Positions 25,817 to 32,793 of a stretch of DNA of 32,793 bases are shown one piece after another. The stretch's first letter is position 1. Each line of letters starts with the position of its first letter. The stretch spans positions 1 through 32,793 of the forward strand of contig JAJRPU010000239.1 in the NCBI GenBank assembly GCA_024280615.1. The letters are read 5' to 3'. The position numbers and the translations under genes were made by a program. The notes under the pieces are model-generated. The model worked only from the letters and a program-made list of their open reading frames with translations, ran no database searches and was not told the DNA's origin. Source of the stretch: Bacteroidota bacterium (GTDB lineage Bacteria > Bacteroidota > Bacteroidia > JAADEI01).

Positions 25817-26940
25817 TGTTCGCTTTTTACAGTTATTCTTATCATTTTATCCACTTTAAGAGCCACGTCCCACGCCTCTTCAATGGAATCTCTAAGGATT
25901 GTAACGTGCCCCACTTTCCTGAAGGGTTTTGCCTGCCACTTGCCGTAAAGGTGAACGTGGACTTCTGGCAGTCTCAATGCTTCTTCAAGCCTTTCAAAGG
26001 ATAGCAAGCCTTCTCCTTTCGGTGGACATAAAAGATTTATCATTACTGCTGGCTTCCGCAATGTTGGATAACCCAGTGGCAATCCAGTTATTGCTCTAAT
26101 GTGGTTCTCAAACTGAGAGGTTGAACAGGCTTCTATGGAATAGTGTCCGAGGTTGTGAGGGCGTGGTGCCACTTCATTGAGCAATATTCTCTTTTTGGAA
26201 TCCAGAAACAGTTCAATACCATAGATTCCAGGACTTTCCAAGACTTTTCCTATTTCATAAGCCAACTCTCTCACTTGTTTTAGCGTGTTAGTATCCAATT
26301 GGGCAGGTGCCTTAACAAATTTTAATATGTGCCTTCTGTGTTCAAAAATCATTTCAACAATCGGATAGATAACTATTTCTCCCCAATAGTCCCGAGCAAT
26401 CATGACTCCGAGTTCCTTGTGTATATCAACTTTTTCCTCAAAATAGACGGGTATATCTGGCAATGTTTTAAAGTCTTCCGGCGAATTGACTATCCAGACT
26501 CCCTGCCCATCATATCCGCCCCGTCGTGCCTTGGCAACAACCGGAAAATTCTCTATTTCAGAACTATCAGTATATATATCAGGAACGGGTATCCCCCTGT
26601 TATAGAAAAATTGTTTTTGAACAAGTTTGTCTTGAATGATAGCGAGGATTTGCGGTGAAGGGAAGATTTGCAATCCCCGTTGTTCCGCATCAACAAGCCA
26701 AGAGGTTTCAATTTTTTCAATGTCATAGGTTATAACATCAGTCCAGTTGGCAAGCCGTTTCTGTGCTTCAATGTCGTCAAAAGACGCTTTAATAAATAGT
26801 TGGGCGAGGTGTCGTGCCGGTGCGTTCTCAGAAGGGTCTATCACTCCGAAATCAAATCCAAGTGGGTATCCTGCCAAGATGCTCATCCGTGCTAATTGCC
26901 CGCCCCCTATTATACCCACTTTTTTAACCTGCCGATTCAT
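25801..26940 (-). CDS. purK: 5-(carboxyamino)imidazole ribonucleotide synthase PurK
   Basis: 379 aa with [12 protein letters not shown] at the N-terminus and an ATP-grasp body ([24 protein letters not shown]). Overlaps purE by 16 nt. Confidence 0.9.
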   Translation of the reverse strand: MNRQVKKVGIIGGGQLARMSILAGYPLGFDFGVIDPSENAPARHLAQLFIKASFDDIEAQKRLANWTDVITYDIEKIETSWLVDAEQRGLQIFPSPQILAIIQDKLVQKQFFYNRGIPVPDIYTDSSEIENFPVVAKARRGGYDGQGVWIVNSPEDFKTLPDIPVYFEEKVDIHKELGVMIARDYWGEIVIYPIVEMIFEHRRHILKFVKAPAQLDTNTLKQVRELAYEIGKVLESPGIYGIELFLDSKKRILLNEVAPRPHNLGHYSIEACSTSQFENHIRAITGLPLGYPTLRKPAVMINLLCPPKGEGLLSFERLEEALRLPEVHVHLYGKWQAKPFRKVGHVTILRDSIEEAWDVALKVDKMIRITVKSEQWQDV

Positions 26941-26945
26941 AGGGT

Positions 26946-26953
26946 CAAAACTA
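26946..26953 (-). promoter_or_regulatory. Putative -7 box TAGTTTTG only 5 nt upstream of the purK ATG
   Basis: The minus strand reads TAGTTTTG-ACCCT-ATG, an exact TAnnTTTG match. No -33 TTTG at the canonical spacing. Confidence 0.3.
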
Positions 26954-27015
26954 CATACAAAAGTGGAACTCTAAGGGCTTCCTATTTCGTTTTCCCAAGA
27001 AGAAAAAGCAGTTCA

Positions 27016-27201
27016 ATGGGAAAGGGTGATAGGAAAACAAGAAGAGGAAAGATTTTCGCTGGGTCTTACGGGAAATATAGACCCCGTAGGCATCAAAACA
27101 TTAAGGGTCTTCAGAACTACTATGAACGGATTCGCAAGGAAGGAGAGCAACTCTTTGAGGGTCTGACAGAAGAACAGAAAGAACTTCTGGCAAGGCAATA
27201 A
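27016..27201 (+). CDS. 30S ribosomal protein bTHX with a C-terminal extension
   Basis: The internal ATG at 27016 gives [25 protein letters not shown], nearly identical in pattern to Thermus Thx as I remember it. A 34-aa acidic/helical tail follows. The upstream part of ORF 26896..27201 looks non-coding. Confidence 0.8.
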   Translation: MGKGDRKTRRGKIFAGSYGKYRPRRHQNIKGLQNYYERIRKEGEQLFEGLTEEQKELLARQ

Positions 27202-27298
27202 GTGGACTTCCCTCTTTTTTTAAGTCTTCTTCGTTTGATTAGCATCTGGATAGTCTCCCATACGGTTTGATATTCTTATTTTCGTTTTATCATAGGCT

Positions 27299-29620
27299 AT
27301 GAAGAAAAGCAAATTGACAATTCGCAAGTGGGTTCGTCGTTTCGCTTATCTGTCTTTGTTTTTTCTGCTGATTATCTTCATAGCCACTGTTTCATTCTGG
27401 ATTGTGGGATATAAGGACCAGAGTGCCATACTGGAAGACCCATCGGGATACTTATTTAGCGACCAGAAGGCACATAATCACTTAGGCAGGTTAGGTGCCT
27501 ACATAGCCCACATTCTTGTAGAAAGAGGCTTTGGGATTGCTGCCCCACTCCTGCCAATTCTTATCGGTCTATTTATAGCTCGCAAAATTTCTTTAGTAAA
27601 ACAAGACAAATGGAAATTTGAACCACATTTATTGTTCTGGTTGTGGGTATTGCCGTTGATTGGCGTATGGATAGAGCGAAGTGGTTTGACTGACCTGCCT
27701 TTCGCTGGCTTCATAGGTAGAACTCTATATAATTGGCTGGAAGGCTTCATTGGTGTGATTGGTGTGCCTATATTAATTTGCGCTGTTCTGGGCACATATG
27801 GATATGTTACAGGTGCATATAAAGCAATAGCCAACATTGTCAATAAAATAAAGAGACAGAAAGGAGAAAGCAAAGTGTCATCAGAATCAGAGGAACGGTC
27901 CGATTCGCTTGAGCAACAAGATGAACAAATGACTAATGTAAAAGAAGACAATCGGTCCAATAACTTAGTGGAGAATTCAGAACAAGATTCAGAAGATTTC
28001 ACAATAGTGATTAACAAACCCGAGAAAAACGATGAATCAGACAATGGTTCCCTGCCAGAAGACCTTGAGATAAAAACCCACAAGGAAGAAGTCAAGACAA
28101 CGGGGACACTTCAACCAGTCCATCATCCCAGAACACTGCTACCGAATTATAAATTCCCACCCCTTGAATTGCTAAAGGAACGTCCCGACAACGTCGCTAT
28201 AGACAGGGACGAACTGGAACAAAACAAGCAACGAATCGTTGAGGTCCTGCGGTCATTTAAGATTGAGATAAGCAGGATTCAGGCTACCGTTGGACCCACT
28301 GTAACCCTGTATGAAATTGTTCCGGCTCCGGGAATTAGGATTTCCAAGATAAAGCAACTGGAAGAGGACCTTGCTTTAAGCCTTGAGGCATTGGGCGTCC
28401 GCATCATCGCCCCTATGCCGGGCAGAGGAACCATTGGTATAGAAGTTCCGAATAAGCATCGTCGGATAGTGGGTATGCGGGAAGTCCTCGGTTCCAAAAC
28501 ATTCAGGAATTTCAAGGGCGACCTGCCTATTATATTGGGCAAGACCATTGCCAACGAAGTGTTCATAGCAGACCTTGCTAAGATGCCACACTTGCTTATT
28601 GCCGGTGCTACAGGACAGGGTAAGTCCGTGATGATAAATGCCATTTTGGTTTCTCTACTGTATAGGCTTCATCCCGCAGACCTCAAATTAGTGCTTGTGG
28701 ACCCAAAAAAAGTTGAATTATCGCTATATGAAGGTTTGCAGAATCATTTTCTGGCGATGATTCCAGACCAAGAGGAACCCATCATCACAGAAACAGACAA
28801 AGTTATTTATACGCTTAATGCACTGTGCATTGAAATGGACCAGAGATATGACCTACTTAAAGATGCCCACGTGAGAAACGTTAAAGAATACAATCAGAAA
28901 TATCTTAAAGGCGAGTTGGACCCATCCAAACACAGATACCTGCCGTTTATCGTGCTGGTCATTGATGAATATGCTGATTTCATAATGACAGCAGGGAAAG
29001 AGGTTGAACATCCCATATTGAGGCTTGCCCAGAAAGCCCGTGCAGTGGGAATTCATTTGATTATAGCGACGCAACGACCCGCTGCAAACATAATAACAGG
29101 AAACATAAAAGCCAATTTTCCGGCACGAATAGCCTTCAAGGTCCCGCAACAAATAGATTCCCGGACAATTCTGGACATGAAAGGTGCTGAGAGGCTTGTT
29201 GGACGTGGTGATTTGCTCTTTGCCCAGGGTAGTGACATTATCCGCCTACAGGCTCCTCTAATTGAGACCGATGAGGTGGAACAAGTGGTGTCATTCATTG
29301 AAGAACAGGAAGGATTTCCACAACCATATTTATTGCCGGAATATGAAGAACCCTCTGCACAAAAGGAAACCAAAATAAAGAAACTGGACCCGTTATTAAA
29401 AGACGTTGCCTTGTGGCTCATTGACCAGGAACAGGCATCTGCAACGGCTATCCAACGGGCATTCTCTATCGGTTTCCCACGGGCAGCTAAAATAATAGAC
29501 CAATTGGAAGCAGCTGGAATAGTTGGAAAAGCTAGAGGAAGCAAGCCCCGAGAGATTCTTGTTCGCAACCCAGATGAAGTGGCACAACTTTTGCATCAAC
29601 TACAAACAACAGAAACTTAA
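27299..29620 (+). CDS. ftsK: DNA translocase FtsK
   Basis: 773 aa with N-terminal TM helices and an acidic Ser/Glu-rich linker. The motor has Walker A AGATGQGKSV and Walker B VLVIDEYAD. The C-terminal gamma winged helix reads ASATAIQRAFSIGFPRAAKIIDQLEAAGIVG. Confidence 0.92.
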   Translation: MKKSKLTIRKWVRRFAYLSLFFLLIIFIATVSFWIVGYKDQSAILEDPSGYLFSDQKAHNHLGRLGAYIAHILVERGFGIAAPLLPILIGLFIARKISLVKQDKWKFEPHLLFWLWVLPLIGVWIERSGLTDLPFAGFIGRTLYNWLEGFIGVIGVPILICAVLGTYGYVTGAYKAIANIVNKIKRQKGESKVSSESEERSDSLEQQDEQMTNVKEDNRSNNLVENSEQDSEDFTIVINKPEKNDESDNGSLPEDLEIKTHKEEVKTTGTLQPVHHPRTLLPNYKFPPLELLKERPDNVAIDRDELEQNKQRIVEVLRSFKIEISRIQATVGPTVTLYEIVPAPGIRISKIKQLEEDLALSLEALGVRIIAPMPGRGTIGIEVPNKHRRIVGMREVLGSKTFRNFKGDLPIILGKTIANEVFIADLAKMPHLLIAGATGQGKSVMINAILVSLLYRLHPADLKLVLVDPKKVELSLYEGLQNHFLAMIPDQEEPIITETDKVIYTLNALCIEMDQRYDLLKDAHVRNVKEYNQKYLKGELDPSKHRYLPFIVLVIDEYADFIMTAGKEVEHPILRLAQKARAVGIHLIIATQRPAANIITGNIKANFPARIAFKVPQQIDSRTILDMKGAERLVGRGDLLFAQGSDIIRLQAPLIETDEVEQVVSFIEEQEGFPQPYLLPEYEEPSAQKETKIKKLDPLLKDVALWLIDQEQASATAIQRAFSIGFPRAAKIIDQLEAAGIVGKARGSKPREILVRNPDEVAQLLHQLQTTET

Positions 29621-29631
29621 ATATCTTTGTC

Positions 29632-30408
29632 ATGAAAGCAATTAAAATGATTAAAGGACTTGCACTGGTATTAGGCTTGGTAATCACTGGTTGGGCTATT
29701 GCCAAACAAAATTCGCAAGGAAATCAACAACCAAAGCAACAAACACAACAAACTCAACAGACTCAACAACCCACTAACCCCGGTCCGCATCCAGTCCGTC
29801 CCACTAAGGAAATGGCTCAACAGGTGTCTGACCCAGAAGCAAAGAAAATTCTTGAAAAGACAAGCAAGAAATTCAGCAAATTAAAAAGTTTTCAGGTGAA
29901 ATTCAGGCTCAAACTGGACATGCCAGAGACAGACGACGATGAAATAAAAGAAGGAACTTTATATGTGAACGGCGATAAATACAGGCTTGACTTCGGTGAC
30001 CAATTAGTTGTTTCAGACGGAAAAACAGTATGGACCTACATTAAAGAGACAAACGAAGTTCAAATCACTGAGGAAGACCCCGAAAACCAAATGTTCAGAC
30101 CAAGAGACTTATTTTCAGATTTCGGCGATGAATACATCTATGCTCTCTTAGGCACTAAAAAGCTGAAAGAATATACAACATACGTGATTGACCTGACCCC
30201 TATTGACAAAAGCAAGTCATACTTCAAAATCAGGCTATACATAGACACAAAAACTTACGAAATAAGACGGGCTATTGTCTTTGAGAAATCAGGCATTCGC
30301 TACGCTCTGGATATAATCTCGTTCATTCCTAATGCCCCTATCCCAAACGTCCTGTTCACTTTTGATACGACAGCATATCCGGGCATCCAGATAACTGACT
30401 TGCGATAA
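29632..30408 (+). CDS. lolA: LolA-like outer-membrane lipoprotein carrier protein with a Gln-rich N-terminal linker
   Basis: 258 aa with a signal peptide. AKKILEKTSKKFSKLKSFQVKF...GTLYVNGDKYRLDF...VSDGKTVWTYIKETNEVQI follows the LolA pattern. It lies immediately downstream of ftsK, as in E. coli. Confidence 0.75.
   Translation: MKAIKMIKGLALVLGLVITGWAIAKQNSQGNQQPKQQTQQTQQTQQPTNPGPHPVRPTKEMAQQVSDPEAKKILEKTSKKFSKLKSFQVKFRLKLDMPETDDDEIKEGTLYVNGDKYRLDFGDQLVVSDGKTVWTYIKETNEVQITEEDPENQMFRPRDLFSDFGDEYIYALLGTKKLKEYTTYVIDLTPIDKSKSYFKIRLYIDTKTYEIRRAIVFEKSGIRYALDIISFIPNAPIPNVLFTFDTTAYPGIQITDLR
29737..29772 (+). repeat. Four imperfect 9-nt tandem units (CAACAAACA/CAACAAACT/CAACAGACT/CAACAACCC) encoding QQT-QQT-QQT-QQP
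   Basis: Read directly from the sequence, inside the lolA-like CDS just after the signal peptide. Confidence 0.8.
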
Positions 30409-30428
30409 TTTCTCGTATTATTGACAAT

Positions 30429-31925
30429 ATGAAATGGGTTCTTTTAGCAACTTTATGGCTTGGCATCTATGTTCAGGCAACAGGACAACAATCTTGGATT
30501 ATATGGACCGAAAAGCCACTGTCAGAGACAGATATAAAAAATTTTCAGACGTTCTTTCAGGAACCGGTTGAGATTGAGCGTATCGGACAAACTTTTACTA
30601 TATACAGACTTACTATCCCACAAGTATCACTTAACAAATCAAAAGTATTAAGTCTTTTAAGACAAAGCGACTTTATCGCTTCATTCTCCCCAGACGTTAA
30701 AGTTGCCCTACGAACTAATGGCACAAACGACCCTGAATTAAGCAATCAATGGCACTTGCAAAACTTTCAATATGCCATCAGAGCTATTTCTGCTTGGGAC
30801 ACTATGCGAACCATTATGCGTCCCGACACATTTGTCATAGCCATTGTTGATGCGGGTTTTGACACTACCCATCAGGACATCTTATTTGCATTTAACTGGG
30901 CTGACACGATTGACGGAATTGATAATGACGGAAATGGCTTTGTTGACGATTTTCGTGGCTGGAATTTTGAACTGAATTCTCCGGAGATAAGTTCTCATTG
31001 GCACGGGACTCTGGTTGCTGGCATAGCGGGTGCAAAAACAGATAACGGCATTGGTGTGGCTGCCCCACCGCTTAACATAGCAAAGATTTTGCCTATTGTC
31101 GTAGGGAACCCATTTAGCGACTCTGTCTTACTAAGTCGTGTTGTTCAGGCATATGACTATATTTACACACTGCGACTAATGTGGGATACATCTGGCGGGA
31201 CAGTGGGCTTACCAATTGTAGCAACGAGTATATCAATGGGCATTGATGGTGCCAATCCAAATGACTATCCCCTTTGGTGTCAAATGTATGATTCCCTTGG
31301 CAAGTTGGGCATATTAAGCATTGCTGCAACAAGCAATAACATAGTTAACGTGGACTTGGCGGGCGACATGCCCACTACCTGCCCATCCAAATGGCTCATT
31401 AGTGTTACTGGCACTGACCAAAACGGTAATCTAACAGGTGCCTATGGCGAAACACATATAGACATAGCGGCTCCGGGAACAGGGATTTATGGCACGTGGC
31501 TTGGGAACACATATAGTAGCAGTAGCGGGACGTCTTTTTCTGCTCCGCAAGTGGCGGCTATGGTGCCAGTGGTTCTATCTCTTGTGCCCGATAGCATCTA
31601 TAACGTATACTGGACAGATCCGGAAAGATATTCTCTGTTGTTTAAGCGATTTATCCTAAAGAGCATAACAAGATATGCTGATTCAAAGCCCACTCAGACA
31701 AATGGCATAATTAACATGGACTGGCTTGTGAGGGTGTCGGCACGGGCAGACACAACAATAGTGGGTGTGAACATGCCTCAAATTACTTATCAACATGCTC
31801 CGGAAGTCTCTTTCACTATTGACGGAAAAATGCTCCTTCCGTATAATAAACACAACATTTCAACGCCTGTCATAATAATTGGAAATAGGCAAAAAAAGCT
31901 AATATTTCCGCAACAAATACGCTAA
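30429..31925 (+). CDS. S8-family (subtilisin-like) serine peptidase, secreted
   Basis: 498 aa with a signal peptide and an I9-like propeptide segment. The catalytic residues sit in AIVDAGFD (Asp), HGTLVAGIAGA (His) and SGTSFSAPQVAAM (Ser). There is also a DGIDNDGNGFVDDFRGWNF calcium-loop-like insert. Confidence 0.88.
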   Translation: MKWVLLATLWLGIYVQATGQQSWIIWTEKPLSETDIKNFQTFFQEPVEIERIGQTFTIYRLTIPQVSLNKSKVLSLLRQSDFIASFSPDVKVALRTNGTNDPELSNQWHLQNFQYAIRAISAWDTMRTIMRPDTFVIAIVDAGFDTTHQDILFAFNWADTIDGIDNDGNGFVDDFRGWNFELNSPEISSHWHGTLVAGIAGAKTDNGIGVAAPPLNIAKILPIVVGNPFSDSVLLSRVVQAYDYIYTLRLMWDTSGGTVGLPIVATSISMGIDGANPNDYPLWCQMYDSLGKLGILSIAATSNNIVNVDLAGDMPTTCPSKWLISVTGTDQNGNLTGAYGETHIDIAAPGTGIYGTWLGNTYSSSSGTSFSAPQVAAMVPVVLSLVPDSIYNVYWTDPERYSLLFKRFILKSITRYADSKPTQTNGIINMDWLVRVSARADTTIVGVNMPQITYQHAPEVSFTIDGKMLLPYNKHNISTPVIIIGNRQKKLIFPQQIR

Positions 31926-31939
31926 AAAGCCCAAAGCAA

Positions 31940-32515
31940 CTACACGTGTTCTGCCTGTGCTAACTCCTGAATTACTTCGTCTGAGGTCTTAAACTCTGCT
32001 CCTGCCTGCTTCATCTCCTCAATAGCCCTTTGGACATCTCCGGGATTAACGTCCACTCCCCGGACAGCATCAGACACAACAGTTACCTTAAATCCTCTTT
32101 TCAAAGCATCAAGAGTTGTTGCCCTAACGCAATAGTCAGTTGCCAAGCCGGTAACATAAAGGTGGTCTATCCCATGTTGTTTTAGATATTCTTCCAGATT
32201 AATGTTTGTTGCTTCAAAAGCAGAATATCCATCATCTTCAGTGCCTGTTCCCTTGAGGAAAACCTGGGTTATTTTCTCTGCATTAAGACCATCACAGAAT
32301 TCTGCCCCTTCTGTTCCTTGGATGCAGTGAGGGGGCCATTTCTCAAAGTGCTTTGTTTTGGGTGGGTGCCAGTCCTTGGACGCCAATATGTATTCAAAAT
32401 GCTCCATCAATTTGTTAATCACTGGCACAACCTTGTCGCCTTCTGGCACAGGCAATGCCCCTCCCGGACAAAAATCTTTTTGCACATCAACTATGAACAG
32501 CGCTTTTTTGCCCAT
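31940..32515 (-). CDS. pncA: Nicotinamidase/pyrazinamidase (isochorismatase family)
   Basis: 191 aa with ALFIVDVQKDFCPGGALPV, a WPPHC metal site and GLATDYCV (nucleophilic Cys). Confidence 0.88.
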   Translation of the reverse strand: MGKKALFIVDVQKDFCPGGALPVPEGDKVVPVINKLMEHFEYILASKDWHPPKTKHFEKWPPHCIQGTEGAEFCDGLNAEKITQVFLKGTGTEDDGYSAFEATNINLEEYLKQHGIDHLYVTGLATDYCVRATTLDALKRGFKVTVVSDAVRGVDVNPGDVQRAIEEMKQAGAEFKTSDEVIQELAQAEHV

Positions 32516-32546
32516 ATCCCTAAAGTTTTTCTAATATAGATAACGG

Positions 32547-32774
32547 TTAAGACAATTGTTTTAGTTTCTCAAATTCAGACACTATCTCAGGGGCAAAAAA
32601 CACTTTGTAATAAGTTTGAACTTTAAGTTTTTTTAGTTCATCGGGCAGTCGTTCTATTTGTTCTTTTGCCCGTTGTCTTTTGATTTCTGTTGATTCTTCA
32701 TAAGCACAATTTCCTTCTTTCATAGCAACAATAAACATTTTTTCATATTCATATAGTACTTTATCAATTTTCAC
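32547..32774 (-). CDS. Hypothetical small protein (start uncertain; the frame stays open to the window end)
   Basis: 75-aa ORF starting at a GTG. There is no in-frame stop between 32774 and 32793, so the gene may be longer and truncated by the window. It is Lys/Glu-rich and helical, with no family recognised. Confidence 0.35.
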   Translation of the reverse strand: MKIDKVLYEYEKMFIVAMKEGNCAYEESTEIKRQRAKEQIERLPDELKKLKVQTYYKVFFAPEIVSEFEKLKQLS

Positions 32775-32793
32775 AGGATTTAAACCCTTGTGG

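Noticed and set aside
25548-26004. Plus-strand ORFs of 75, 113 and 68 aa over purE and purK.
   Set aside because: They are antisense to conserved purine genes and have no motifs.
26896-27015. A 40-aa N-terminal extension of the bTHX ORF ([12 protein letters not shown]...).
   Set aside because: The extension starts inside purK on the opposite strand and has no similarity to anything I recognise. The canonical MGKGD start of Thx is at the internal ATG at 27016.
27499-29568. Minus-strand ORFs (198, 121, 171, 99 aa) inside ftsK.
   Set aside because: They are antisense to a strongly supported FtsK CDS. Their Ser/Cys/Pro-rich translations have no domain signatures.
1-32793. A search for tRNA, rRNA or other known ncRNA genes, CRISPR arrays, IS elements, integrases, prophage genes or defence systems.
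   Set aside because: All intergenic gaps are 127 nt or shorter and lack tRNA or SRP-like motifs. I saw no spaced direct-repeat arrays. No ORF shows transposase, integrase, nuclease-ATPase or toxin-antitoxin signatures.

Overview
This 32.8-kb window looks like core chromosome from an FCB-group, Bacteroidota-like bacterium. The supporting signs are a dcw cluster without murF, TAnnTTTG-type -7 promoter boxes, no Shine-Dalgarno sequences before the starts I inspected, a bTHX ribosomal protein, DUF3467, an HU-CCDC81/SPOR protein and a long-form PurM. The minus strand from 1 to 10.4 kb carries a tightly packed division/cell-wall cluster: mraZ-rsmH-ftsL-ftsI-murE-mraY-murD-ftsW-murG-murC, with murC running off the window start. 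Four GTGGT direct repeats at exact 10-bp spacing (MraZ-box-like) and a perfect -7 box lie just upstream of mraZ. Directly upstream, co-oriented and almost gapless, is an operon-like block at 10.5-16.5 kb. It encodes a 78-aa protein, a 1027-aa secreted TPR protein, a 546-aa predicted outer-membrane beta-barrel and a membrane-anchored HU-like/SPOR protein. This block is my best candidate for something not yet characterised. The remaining genes are:
- DUF3467, a Cys-rich mini-lipoprotein and a SAM methyltransferase;
- a flavin reductase and FAH hydrolase pair;
- purM translationally coupled to a short MerR regulator and a lipoprotein;
- an orphan ECF-like sigma factor;
- purK-purE fused to an LtaS-family transferase and a DAG/lipid kinase;
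- bTHX, then ftsK-lolA-S8 peptidase, then pncA and a small ORF that may run off the window end.

I found no rRNA, tRNA, CRISPR array, transposase, integrase or recognisable defence or toxin genes. Most of the window is ordinary housekeeping DNA, and the findings below are of modest interest. All functional calls come from motifs I recognised by eye in the translations. No database search was run.
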